This document shows positions 1 to 9,552 of a stretch of 64,000 bases of DNA, in pieces. Positions within the stretch are counted from its first letter, which is position 1. Each line of letters opens with the position of its first letter. The notes beneath the pieces were generated by a model, which saw only the letters and a list, made by a program, of their open reading frames with translations, did not search any database and had not been told where the DNA came from. Source of the DNA: a virus; IMG/VR virus record IMGVR_UViG_3300027749_000058, positions 32,001 to 96,000 of that record; one strand, written 5' to 3'. The position numbers and the translations under genes were made by a program.

Positions 1-87
1 TTAAATATTTCTTGTAATCTATTATCCATTCAATATAAATACTTCGTAAATCATAATAAAAAACCCACCATGAGGGTGGGTTATATT

Positions 88-1122
88 TTATGCTCTCATA
101 GTTGGAACATTAGTAATTTCAGGTCTTAATTCTCTGAATCGTCCATTAACTTCAGCAGGTTCTGGTAACATCTCACTAAGTAATTCATGTATTGTATTCA
201 TTTCTCTTTGATAATTAGGTTCAGAAGGTTCTGTTTGTTCATCAAGTGGAACTGTTTCATCAGGTCCATTAACAAATCCAACTCTCATTTTTTCATATGA
301 TGTTAAACATTCATTATGAACTTGTTCTTGAATCTCATCTGAACACAAATTTTTATTTGAGTCTTTAGACTTAAAAATTTTTCTAACAATAGGGAACAAA
401 TAGTCATCAGCATCAACATCGAGGTAATCAACTCTGCTGTCCTCGGCATTCCAAAAACTGAATTCACTATCTCCGTCTAATCCTTTAAAACCAGCAAATT
501 TATAACCCGTCTGTTTGTTGATAAAATAAACTAAAATTCCTTTTCTCCAATATTTTTCAAAATATTGTTTTTCTTTTTGATATGTTGTACACCATCTTGT
601 TGACGCTCCGTATTTTGCGGATGCCGAGAATGTTAAAGGTCTAACAACAACCCATTTTTCATCTTCATATTCTTTAATAACCTGACCCTCAAGGTCTTTA
701 GTTAATTCTTTCATTGAAGCTAAGGTTACCGCACCTCTAACATCCTCAAGGTCTTTATAGGTCGAGACATCTTTATTTTCAATGTGACCTTTATCCATAT
801 AATCCATAAACTCTTTTAGAGTGGAGTAGGTGTCACTACTGAAATGTTCTGCAAGATAATTTGCCATATAATACATCTCACCATCATTAAGACCATCGGT
901 TGAAATTCCTTTATTGATTAACATTGCTTGAATTTCCAACATACTTGTCAGATAATAATTTTTATCACCCCAAAGTTTTTTTGGATTAAATTTTTGACCA
1001 AATATTTTACACATTAATGGAAGATACTTGTAAGATTTGGAAGCATCTAATCTATTCATCATGTCAAATATTGTGACATTTAATTCGGGATATTGTTTTT
1101 TTAATTCATCTATACGAGACAT
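88..1122 (-). CDS. hypothetical protein with KYGxxT(R/K)WC domain (shares this domain with 30080-31573)
   Basis: ORF 88..1167; likely ATG at 1122 (MSRIDEL); motif ASAKYGASTRWC matches ASCKYGYNTKWC in 30080..31573. Confidence 0.7.
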   Translation of the reverse strand: MSRIDELKKQYPELNVTIFDMMNRLDASKSYKYLPLMCKIFGQKFNPKKLWGDKNYYLTSMLEIQAMLINKGISTDGLNDGEMYYMANYLAEHFSSDTYSTLKEFMDYMDKGHIENKDVSTYKDLEDVRGAVTLASMKELTKDLEGQVIKEYEDEKWVVVRPLTFSASAKYGASTRWCTTYQKEKQYFEKYWRKGILVYFINKQTGYKFAGFKGLDGDSEFSFWNAEDSRVDYLDVDADDYLFPIVRKIFKSKDSNKNLCSDEIQEQVHNECLTSYEKMRVGFVNGPDETVPLDEQTEPSEPNYQREMNTIHELLSEMLPEPAEVNGRFRELRPEITNVPTMRA

Positions 1123-1204
1123 AAAATTCTTTTTATAAAATATAGGTGAAATAAAAGTTTGAGTCAAAAAAAAACATTCAGTATTTCTACTGAATGTTAA
1201 TAAG

Positions 1205-1295
1205 TGGCGGAGAGAGTAGGATTCGAACCCACGGGCCCCTCACGAGGCCTCCTGATTTCAAGTCAGGTGCAATAGACCAACTCTACCATCTCTCC
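1205..1295 (-). tRNA. tRNA-Ser(UGA), CCA encoded
   Basis: Reverse complement folds as a cloverleaf: GGAGAGA acceptor, CCTGA-CTTGAAA-TCAGG anticodon arm, long variable arm, GTTCGAATC T-loop, GCCA end. Confidence 0.95.
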
Positions 1296-1338
1296 AATTA
1301 GATTTTGTAATCTTTAAAAAAAGTAGTATATTTGTCTT

Positions 1339-1767
1339 ATGAAAACAAGTATAACCACAATATTATTATTATTTATCTGTCTTTTTGGAAAAAGCCAGAC
1401 TTCAGACATTATGTATGTAACAGGTCAACAAACTTTAGTTCTCACATATAACAACAATAACTCACCAATAGGATATTATGTTGGTGGATATCTTATAACA
1501 ACCTTTCCACAACCGTTTATCTATACAACACCAGTATCAATAATTAACCGACTTGGAATAAGTATAACCAATCATAAGGTAAGTGTTATGGGTGGATCAT
1601 TCATTAAAAATTATATTAATAATCTTTCATTAACTCCTGATGTTTGGGTTAAAATTTACCCACTTAGAATCATCACCAATACTACCAAAGGAGTTGATTT
1701 TACATTAGGAATTAATTATATGGATGAAATTCATTATGGAATTGGAGTATCAATCCCAATTTGGTAG
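1339..1767 (+). CDS. secreted or outer-membrane protein (signal peptide, beta-strand pattern, C-terminal Trp)
   Basis: N-terminal MKTSITTILLLFICLFG; alternating hydrophobic strands; ends GIGVSIPIW; TATATTTG 4 nt upstream of the ATG. Confidence 0.6.
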   Translation: MKTSITTILLLFICLFGKSQTSDIMYVTGQQTLVLTYNNNNSPIGYYVGGYLITTFPQPFIYTTPVSIINRLGISITNHKVSVMGGSFIKNYINNLSLTPDVWVKIYPLRIITNTTKGVDFTLGINYMDEIHYGIGVSIPIW

Positions 1768-1780
1768 TATTTATAGTCAT

Positions 1781-2758
1781 ATGATAGATTTTCCCATAGA
1801 AAGGATTAACCGATTTTTTGATAACCACATCTTTGAGGTTAAAACACAACCAACACATGATGAGGATTATTCTATATCGACAAATGTTAAAGTAACATTA
1901 ACTGGTGTTAAAGATTATACTAGTATGGGTGAAAAAAAATCACATGTTGAATATACAATTAGTATCTTGCCAACAAGTGAAACTTCTGATATATGGAATA
2001 AGATGTGGGCAGGTATTTATGGTGAAAGAGTAGACATTAATACCAGTAGTCGTGAATATTTTGAATTAAGATTTGTAATGAATCATAAATTAGAAAATTT
2101 CTTAAAATATTTTGGCGTTGAGAAACAAGTTATTTGTACCAAAGTAGTAAATGAATTAGAAGATAATCAATTGAAAGAATCTTTAATTATAGAAGCCCGT
2201 TACGATAACGTTGTTAGAACATTGGTTAAAGATATAATTGATCTTTATAAATTTCAAAGAGAAGGAGAATTTTCATTACCTGAAGATATCAGAGGTGAAG
2301 AAGATATGACTTATAGTTTTCCTGAATTTGAAAATGAGTTTTCAATAGATTTGAATCTTGCCAAAGATGATAACGTTGATACTGTTGAAGTTGATGCCGC
2401 ATATTATAGAGATGAGGACATTATTGAAGTTACCATTGTTTCAAACCCTGATTTAGGAAATCAAAATATCCAAGAATTAATTGGTGAACTTAATGAAACA
2501 ATAAGACATGAATTAGAACATGTTTCACAACATCAAAAAGGATATGATTTTCCAAAAGAACCAAAAAATCCATTAAAATATTATATTCAACCACATGAAC
2601 TTGAAGCTCAATTGGCCGGTTTTAAAAGAAGGTCAAGAAAGGAAAATAGAGATTTGGAAGAAGTGATTAGAGGATGGTTTCGTAGAAACGAAAAAAGACA
2701 TAGACTAAAACCAAAACAAGTTGAGATTGTAATAAACAAATTACTTGAAATGTCGTAA
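1781..2758 (+). CDS. late protein with HExxH zincin-like motif
   Basis: IRHELEHVSQ...HELEAQ; TATTTATA at 1768 supports a start at 1781. Confidence 0.6.
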   Translation: MIDFPIERINRFFDNHIFEVKTQPTHDEDYSISTNVKVTLTGVKDYTSMGEKKSHVEYTISILPTSETSDIWNKMWAGIYGERVDINTSSREYFELRFVMNHKLENFLKYFGVEKQVICTKVVNELEDNQLKESLIIEARYDNVVRTLVKDIIDLYKFQREGEFSLPEDIRGEEDMTYSFPEFENEFSIDLNLAKDDNVDTVEVDAAYYRDEDIIEVTIVSNPDLGNQNIQELIGELNETIRHELEHVSQHQKGYDFPKEPKNPLKYYIQPHELEAQLAGFKRRSRKENRDLEEVIRGWFRRNEKRHRLKPKQVEIVINKLLEMS

Positions 2759-3489
2759 TGTCAAATATAAGAAAGATTATTCAAAAAATGTTATTGAAAG
2801 AACCATTCTATGAAGATGGTTATGAATATCAATTTATTAAAGCCATCCCTGACAGTAATAATTTAGGGTATGATATTCTTGTAAATGTTGTTTTACCTGT
2901 TAAAGGTCAGTCATATGCAACTCCTGTGTTCAGTGGACATATTCACAATATTCTTAGTAATATGTGGAAATACATTGGTAGTTCTTTCTCATATTCAGAA
3001 AAAATATTAATAGATGGTGAAGAACCTGTTAAAAATGTTGTTTTTATTAGTACAGAAAAACAAAGAGAGATTTTATCTACAATGAGAAAAAAATTTGAAC
3101 GAATAGGAATAAAAACTGCAATCGGAAGATTAACTTTTGAGGTATATTGGAAACCTGCTGAAAAATTTTATTCGTTAGATGATGTATACATTGATTTTGA
3201 TTTTAATATTGAAATTAAAAACTTTATGTTAGACGGTCATCATGTATTACCTAATTTAGATATTGCAGACGATGTTTCTGGCGCAATTTTGAATGTGATG
3301 TATGACGCTGATTTACTCAGAGATAAAATCACTGACGTAATCTATGACGTAATGGGTGATGAAATTGATATTACTAGTATTGATGATTTATATTATCAAG
3401 CACGATGCTATATCACTAAAATTGATGGATTTGAAGTCACTGGAAGGTGGGGTAATCACTTTGATTTAGAACCTAATATGTTTACTTAA
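2758..3489 (+). CDS. hypothetical protein
   Basis: 243-aa ORF coupled to the upstream gene by a TAATG overlap. Confidence 0.7.
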   Translation: MSNIRKIIQKMLLKEPFYEDGYEYQFIKAIPDSNNLGYDILVNVVLPVKGQSYATPVFSGHIHNILSNMWKYIGSSFSYSEKILIDGEEPVKNVVFISTEKQREILSTMRKKFERIGIKTAIGRLTFEVYWKPAEKFYSLDDVYIDFDFNIEIKNFMLDGHHVLPNLDIADDVSGAILNVMYDADLLRDKITDVIYDVMGDEIDITSIDDLYYQARCYITKIDGFEVTGRWGNHFDLEPNMFT

Positions 3490-4102
3490 ATTTAGTTATA
3501 ATTTTTTTAATAACTTTAGACAACATTTCCGCACTTAATAGAACAACACCAGACGCAACCAATCTTTCAGCAATAATCATAGAGGCTTCTTTTAAATTTG
3601 AAGTTCTTGTTACAATTGAATGAATATCTGTAATAATTGGAAGTAAAAAACTATATGAAATAACATCCATCAAAGTTCCTACTTTTATATTTGCTGAAGA
3701 TAAAAAATTAACAAAAGCACTTTTTAAATCTAATGACTTTTTAAGAATAATTTTAAAAGTGTCTTCAAGTCCTTCTTCTTTAATTTTTTTTAAAATTGTA
3801 CTAACACCTCTTTTATTTTCAAAAAATATTATAAATGCAATTCCAATTAATATTAAAATTCTTTGATTATCATCAAGATTAAAGTCTCCTGTTTTAATAA
3901 AATTGTCTAACGGTAATAAGAATCCACCAACAGAAGTTCCCCACGTTAATAACATTTTTGCATTAATACCATATTTCTTGAATACTCTACCAACAATATT
4001 ATTGGCGAAGGAATATAAATGTTTCATATCATCAGTCATCCTTGATTCATTTTGTTCCATTAAAATTGTTCTCAGTTGAGATTCGTTAATTAAAAACTCC
4101 AT
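3482..4102 (-). CDS. hypothetical late protein with hydrophobic segments
   Basis: 206 aa; N-terminus MEFLINESQL; TATTTATA motif upstream on the minus strand. Confidence 0.7.
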   Translation of the reverse strand: MEFLINESQLRTILMEQNESRMTDDMKHLYSFANNIVGRVFKKYGINAKMLLTWGTSVGGFLLPLDNFIKTGDFNLDDNQRILILIGIAFIIFFENKRGVSTILKKIKEEGLEDTFKIILKKSLDLKSAFVNFLSSANIKVGTLMDVISYSFLLPIITDIHSIVTRTSNLKEASMIIAERLVASGVVLLSAEMLSKVIKKIITKFK

Positions 4103-4136
4103 ATAACTTATAAATATATGCGATATATTTATTATT

Positions 4137-4736
4137 ATGAAAGGTGAATTTAATCCAAAATTAAAAAGTGGTGATAAAATAATTTGTTATCATATGCAAG
4201 GTGAAACAGGGGTTCCTCCAGGAACAACTGGAATTGTTACTCATGTTGGTAGAGACCCATTTGAACAAGATGGAAATATAATTTCAGTTAACTGGGATAA
4301 TGGTAGTAAATTATCATTACTTTCCATAACAGATGCTTGGAAAAAAAATGCCAAAGAAATTCAAGAACAAACTGGTTCTCCTGAATATGATTATTTCTCA
4401 AAAAATCCTGAAGTGTTTGAAAATTTTGATTATAAGTTTTTTAAAAAATATTTACTAAAACTAAGAGAATCTGGTGTTGTTAATATGTTTCAAGCATCTC
4501 CTTTTTTATATTCAGGTGAAGAATGGATTGATAGATATCACGGTGAACATCAAGAAGATAATGAGGCATTCCAAGAAGTTTTAGAAATGGCTGAGGAGTC
4601 TAAAAACAAAATGATTCAAGGACTTTTAAAATATATGGAATCAAAAAAAATGGATATTGATGATATGTCTAAAGTTAATAGTTTGATTAATAGATTTGCA
4701 ATGAAAATTAATCAATTTTATATGACTTTTGTATAG
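4137..4736 (+). CDS. hypothetical protein (DUF4314-like N-terminus, DUF5049-like C-terminus, tentative)
   Basis: GVPPGTTGIVTHV...SVNWDNGSKLSLL and LRESGVVNMF resemble those small phage domains. Confidence 0.5.
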   Translation: MKGEFNPKLKSGDKIICYHMQGETGVPPGTTGIVTHVGRDPFEQDGNIISVNWDNGSKLSLLSITDAWKKNAKEIQEQTGSPEYDYFSKNPEVFENFDYKFFKKYLLKLRESGVVNMFQASPFLYSGEEWIDRYHGEHQEDNEAFQEVLEMAEESKNKMIQGLLKYMESKKMDIDDMSKVNSLINRFAMKINQFYMTFV

Positions 4737-4752
4737 GTAAACCAATAACTTT

Positions 4753-4941
4753 TTAAAGTATTGGTTTACTAATTTTTTCAATAGTTCCATCTTTCCAATG
4801 TTTTACAATCCAACCATCATCATCAAGATAAACCATTGGTTTATCTTTACCCCACGTTTCTTCTTCAACCCTTTTTCTAAAAGATTCTTTAAATTGTTCA
4901 GACATAAATATTTTTGATATTTTATCTTCTTCTTTGTCCAT
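4753..4941 (-). CDS. hypothetical protein
   Basis: 62-aa ORF in a minus-strand operon. Confidence 0.6.
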   Translation of the reverse strand: MDKEEDKISKIFMSEQFKESFRKRVEEETWGKDKPMVYLDDDGWIVKHWKDGTIEKISKPIL

Positions 4942-4958
4942 TTTAATTGATGGTTTAT

Positions 4959-5993
4959 TTAATTTGATAGCGGCATTTTTATTGATGGATGACTTTGATA
5001 ATTCTGTAATACAATATCTTCTAATGTATATTCCGAAATGTCATTAACAAACCTATCAGATATTTCTACTGTTGGTAATTCGTATGGTTCTCTATTTAAC
5101 TGTTCTTTAATCGGTTCTATATGATTAAGATACAAATGCACGTCTCCTAAATTACCTATCAATTGGTCAGGAACCATATTAACTTGTTTTGCTATCATCA
5201 TTAATAATAATCCATAACTTGCTATATTGAACCCCAAACCGAGTCCAGTGTCGACACTGCGTTGATTCCACATTAATGAGATTGCTCGTTTGGGAACGCC
5301 AAATTCATCCATTTGTTCTTTTGTGATTTCTTCAAACATAGTTAAATCAACACGTTCTTTCTCACTCAATTCTCTCGTATACATTTGAAATCCATAATGA
5401 CAAGGCGGTAAAACCATTTTAGGCAAATCTGCCACATTCCAAGCATTAACCATTAAACGTCTTGAGTCAGGATTTGTTTTAAGTTCGTTGATTAGATTTT
5501 GTATTTGATCTGTTTCTGTTTCATCAAAATGTGCATCAAATCCTGGCATGTCAATTTCATATTGTGTCCATCTTCTCCATTGCGCACCATAGATTGGTCC
5601 TAACTCACCCCACTTCTTAGCAAACTCATCATCGGTTTTAATTTTATTGATAAACTCTTCCTTTGTTAATAATTCTAAGTTAGAGTATCCCCATACGTTT
5701 TTAGAGTAGTTAGCAAAGCAATCACCATCCCAAATGTGACAATCATTATCAACTAAGTATTTGATATTAGTATCTCCTTTAAGAAACCAAAGTAATTCCG
5801 TGCATATCGACTTCCAATGCATCTTCTTAGTTGTAAGCAATGGGAATCCATCTGACATATTATGCCTGAACTGAATACCAAACAATGATTTGGTTCCTGT
5901 TCCTGTTCTATCTGATTTGTTAAAACTTTGGTCTTCACTCACTAATAGTGATAGTAAAGCTTTATACCAGTCATCTAAATAATTGTATTTCAT
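4959..5993 (-). CDS. thyA: thymidylate synthase
   Basis: DRTGTGT, FPLLTTKK, ELLWF, PDSRR, LPPCH, NQRSVD, FNIASY, HLYLNH motifs. Confidence 0.97.
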   Translation of the reverse strand: MKYNYLDDWYKALLSLLVSEDQSFNKSDRTGTGTKSLFGIQFRHNMSDGFPLLTTKKMHWKSICTELLWFLKGDTNIKYLVDNDCHIWDGDCFANYSKNVWGYSNLELLTKEEFINKIKTDDEFAKKWGELGPIYGAQWRRWTQYEIDMPGFDAHFDETETDQIQNLINELKTNPDSRRLMVNAWNVADLPKMVLPPCHYGFQMYTRELSEKERVDLTMFEEITKEQMDEFGVPKRAISLMWNQRSVDTGLGLGFNIASYGLLLMMIAKQVNMVPDQLIGNLGDVHLYLNHIEPIKEQLNREPYELPTVEISDRFVNDISEYTLEDIVLQNYQSHPSIKMPLSN

Positions 5994-5994
5994 A

Positions 5995-6183
5995 TCAATA
6001 TCCTTTTTGTATTGTTAAACCATAGGCATAATGTAGCCACGCTAAATGTAAACCAATTGCAGGTGATGTAACACCTGTTTCTAAAAAATACTCTTTATCG
6101 TACCAAATACTAATACATGGAATAATCCAAACCTTACCACGAATACGATAAAAACCATTTTGTTCTATAAACCATTTTTTCAT
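5995..6183 (-). CDS. hypothetical protein
   Basis: 62-aa ORF packed tightly in the operon. Confidence 0.55.
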   Translation of the reverse strand: MKKWFIEQNGFYRIRGKVWIIPCISIWYDKEYFLETGVTSPAIGLHLAWLHYAYGLTIQKGY

Positions 6184-6437
6184 ATTAATCCTCCTTGTTT
6201 TTTCCAGTCTTCTTCCATTTGGTTTCTACCTGAATTGTAATTACCGTAATCACCCCACATTTCTAATAAAGATTCGAATGCTTTTTTTAATTTATTGTAT
6301 TTTTCTTCTGATTCTTGTTGTCCTAATTGGTGAGATTGATACATACACTTAATTATTGACCTTTTATCTAAAAAAGAATGGTGTGGAATTGTGTTTTGAT
6401 ATATTTCTTCTAATTGTTTTTCTAATTTTTCATTCAT
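6180..6437 (-). CDS. hypothetical protein
   Basis: 85-aa ORF with ATGA overlaps on both sides. Confidence 0.65.
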   Translation of the reverse strand: MNEKLEKQLEEIYQNTIPHHSFLDKRSIIKCMYQSHQLGQQESEEKYNKLKKAFESLLEMWGDYGNYNSGRNQMEEDWKKQGGLI

Positions 6438-7522
6438 GGTTCAATCTCCTTTTGCCAAAATGGCTTTGTGTATTTTGGTCTAACTAACTTCCAAATGTAA
6501 TCAGAATAATCTTTATTATCAAACATTCTGAATAATATTGGTCTTAAAAATTCTTCTTGTATCATAACCCATTCAGCAATTTCTTTTTTTGGTGGTAATT
6601 CTCCATAACGAGGATGACCTGATAAGTTCTCAATAAAATTATCGTACAATTTGCCTGCATTCTCTTGAATACTCATTTTAGAATACCTAAGGTCTCTGAT
6701 TGTGGTTTTAACCCACTTATCAAATTCGTCAGGGACTCTATCAAGTAATTCATTAATATCTTTACCATCTTTCAAATACTCCCAAATATCAACATTTGAG
6801 AATCCAGTTAAGATTCTATGGAGACGAACATATTCATTTCCCTTTATTTTCATTCTGAACCCATTTCTAAACCGAATGACATAACCCTCACGGTATTTAT
6901 CGATCATTGATTTAAGGGTCTTATAATCACTAATTCCGTCATATGATTTAACGGTGGGCATATTGGTTTCCTCTCCAATTAACTTTAAAGAATTGTACTC
7001 TAACTCTTTTCCTGATGCGTTACTAATCATTGATAAAACAACTAAAGATTCGTCATCTCCATAATTCACGCATATCATATTTTGAGGATATATTATTTCA
7101 ACTAATGTGGTATATCCTTTTGGTATTGGATGAACATTGTATTTTGAATCTAAAATCTCTTTTCCTTTAATTGCTTGTTCAGAAGTAAAAGATCCTTTGC
7201 TTGATAATATCCATTTTCCTTCATACCAAAATAAAATACCTAATGAACCATCCAGTTTTTCAAATACTTCAAAAGGTTCATTTGGTATTTCTTCTGGTTT
7301 GTGTTCTTCGATATTAAAAAACTTATCAAACCCTTTGGCAATAACATTCCCTTCTTGGTCTAAAATAAGACCACGACATTGTTTGGTGATTTCATCCCAC
7401 TTATTTTCATACTGACAAGTACGAGAATAATTCCAAATAGAAATAGGAAGGGTCGGGTGGTTATTTTTAACCACCAAACCCTTCTCCAAATAATCATTTA
7501 ATATGTTTAAATCAAATTTCAT
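6434..7522 (-). CDS. T4 Rnl1-like RNA ligase
   Basis: CRGLILD, FDKFFN, adenylation motif EKLDGS, EGYVI, KIKG..Y. Confidence 0.9.
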   Translation of the reverse strand: MKFDLNILNDYLEKGLVVKNNHPTLPISIWNYSRTCQYENKWDEITKQCRGLILDQEGNVIAKGFDKFFNIEEHKPEEIPNEPFEVFEKLDGSLGILFWYEGKWILSSKGSFTSEQAIKGKEILDSKYNVHPIPKGYTTLVEIIYPQNMICVNYGDDESLVVLSMISNASGKELEYNSLKLIGEETNMPTVKSYDGISDYKTLKSMIDKYREGYVIRFRNGFRMKIKGNEYVRLHRILTGFSNVDIWEYLKDGKDINELLDRVPDEFDKWVKTTIRDLRYSKMSIQENAGKLYDNFIENLSGHPRYGELPPKKEIAEWVMIQEEFLRPILFRMFDNKDYSDYIWKLVRPKYTKPFWQKEIEP

Positions 7523-7734
7523 TATTTTTTAATAACCATATTTGTGTTTGCCATTGGAAGACGTAATACCGGAGTTGATTTTTCAAATTCATCTTTTTGC
7601 ATTACTTCATAAAATCCTTCCAATACTTTTACTGTTGGAACATTTTCATATTTGAATAATATTGTTGAAGTTTCTAAAGAACCTTCGGTTACTTTAACTG
7701 ATTTTGTTGTTGTGTTAAATTGTAATGTTTGCAT
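7522..7734 (-). CDS. hypothetical protein
   Basis: 70-aa ORF coupled to the ligase gene. Confidence 0.6.
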   Translation of the reverse strand: MQTLQFNTTTKSVKVTEGSLETSTILFKYENVPTVKVLEGFYEVMQKDEFEKSTPVLRLPMANTNMVIKK

Positions 7735-7767
7735 GCGATTGTTTTTTTTTTGTTTTATTTTAATTTA

Positions 7768-8175
7768 TTATAAAGAGATTTGAAATCTTTCTTTCATTTG
7801 TTTTATTTTTTCTTCAGGAACTCCATGAGTATTAACTCCTCCATGTCTATTTTCCACAATAATTGTATGAACTCTATACCCATATTTTTTTGCGATTATT
7901 TGATAAAATCTCATTTCCCATTCCTGAGTAAATGTATTAGATATTACAATATTACGAAAAAAAAGTGGTCTAAACAAGCTTGGGTGCATCCAATACTGAA
8001 CTTTTCTTTTGCACCAGTCATGGGCATCCTTAAGTTTTGAACCATCAAATTCATATTTACCATTTTTCATAAAGAATTGGTCAGCCTCAAATATTTGCCA
8101 AGGTTTCCCCAAGGATTTTGCAATTGTGGATTTGCCAGCACCTGGTAATCCTCTAATGATATATAAATTTTTCAT
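7768..8175 (-). CDS. P-loop kinase (AAA_33 / polynucleotide-kinase-like)
   Basis: IIRGLPGAGKST Walker A; EAD, SNTFT and HGVP motifs. Confidence 0.85.
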   Translation of the reverse strand: MKNLYIIRGLPGAGKSTIAKSLGKPWQIFEADQFFMKNGKYEFDGSKLKDAHDWCKRKVQYWMHPSLFRPLFFRNIVISNTFTQEWEMRFYQIIAKKYGYRVHTIIVENRHGGVNTHGVPEEKIKQMKERFQISL

Positions 8176-8177
8176 TA

Positions 8178-8501
8178 TTAATCTAAACTATTTTTTATAT
8201 TCCATATATTAAAAAAATCAAATTCATTATCTTTTTCCCACCCGTGTAATCTCATACTAATTTCGTTTCGGGTTTCCAAGGATAATGCTTTTGCAATAAC
8301 TTCTCTACTTATTGGATGAATCATTTGAACCATACTAATAAAATTACTTCCAGTATTTGGTAAATCAATTATCCTACCAATTTTTTCATCACGATAATCT
8401 TCATCACTAAAAAAAATATTCCAAAATTTAATACAAACCTCCCTGAGTTCGTTAAACGATTCATCTTTGGGAGGTTTGTAAAATAATTCTATCGTATTCA
8501 T
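8178..8501 (-). CDS. hypothetical protein
   Basis: 107-aa ORF; TATATTTG promoter upstream near 8525. Confidence 0.65.
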   Translation of the reverse strand: MNTIELFYKPPKDESFNELREVCIKFWNIFFSDEDYRDEKIGRIIDLPNTGSNFISMVQMIHPISREVIAKALSLETRNEISMRLHGWEKDNEFDFFNIWNIKNSLD

Positions 8502-8552
8502 TACTTATTTATTGATTGTGAAGACAAATATAACAAATTAACCAACAACTCC

Positions 8553-9197
8553 TTATATATCATCTAAATGATGATCACTTTTTAATGTGTTATATGATAT
8601 GGGTCTTCCTGATAATTTCCTTACAATATCATCAATATCATACGGCATCAAATCATTACCGTCCATACCAACATCCATAGATCTACCAGTCATATACTTT
8701 CCTTCTTTAGGTGTGTGTAGATGACCAAACAAATGGAATACACCTTTCTTCATATCGTGCCAAGAACAGATAGGATAATGACACATAATAAACCTGTGTG
8801 TAGTTTTATTGGTATACTCCAAGTGTAAGTAGTTTTGAACACTCGTAAATAACTTTTGAATGTCTCCTCTATTTCTTTCTATATGCGTATCATGATTACC
8901 GAGCACAAGATGTATTTCCTTACATATAATTCTATTACGAAACTCTTCAATCATTTCAAATCCACCAAAACTCCAATCTCCAAGATTTATTAAAATATCA
9001 TCTTGACCAACCGCCTCATTAATGTTATTCACAATAGCGGCATTCATTTTATCCAAAGTGGCAAAATCTCTAGTTTGTTTTTCTGGTACATCACCATTTG
9101 GTAACCTCCAATTAGTTATTCCTCGGCAGATATTTTTATGTGCATAGTGACAATCTGAAGTCAACCATACTTTTCTATCGTTATTAATCTTTATCAT
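8553..9197 (-). CDS. calcineurin-like metallophosphoesterase
   Basis: SDCH, LGD, GNHD, CHYP and GHLH motifs. Confidence 0.9.
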   Translation of the reverse strand: MIKINNDRKVWLTSDCHYAHKNICRGITNWRLPNGDVPEKQTRDFATLDKMNAAIVNNINEAVGQDDILINLGDWSFGGFEMIEEFRNRIICKEIHLVLGNHDTHIERNRGDIQKLFTSVQNYLHLEYTNKTTHRFIMCHYPICSWHDMKKGVFHLFGHLHTPKEGKYMTGRSMDVGMDGNDLMPYDIDDIVRKLSGRPISYNTLKSDHHLDDI

Positions 9198-9213
9198 AAA
9201 GCAAAGATAAGAA

Positions 9214-9468
9214 TTATTCTGAAATTAAAAAAACCGCATTTTGTTTACCGGCATAAAGACCGATAATGTTATAATCGTAAAACTCTTCAGCTTCACTCAT
9301 TGTCATAAGGTCTCTCTCACAAAGAATGGTGAGAATTTTCTGTTTTGAATATAAGATTCTTGGACCATTACCAAATTCTTCTACGATTCCAATAATTGCA
9401 TCATCAAGACCGTCTAATATAACGGCCCCTTCGGCAAATTCGTGAATATCGTAATTGTTTATTATCAT
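9214..9468 (-). CDS. hypothetical phage protein
   Basis: DGLDDAIIG...EAEEFYDYNIIG, a pattern common in small phage proteins. Confidence 0.7.
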   Translation of the reverse strand: MIINNYDIHEFAEGAVILDGLDDAIIGIVEEFGNGPRILYSKQKILTILCERDLMTMSEAEEFYDYNIIGLYAGKQNAVFLISE

Positions 9469-9552
9469 TTGTTGTTAAAATGTAGATTTAATTTATAAAA
9501 ATGTCAAATAATAAAAACGCGAAATTGGAGGTATTTATATAAAATAATAATT

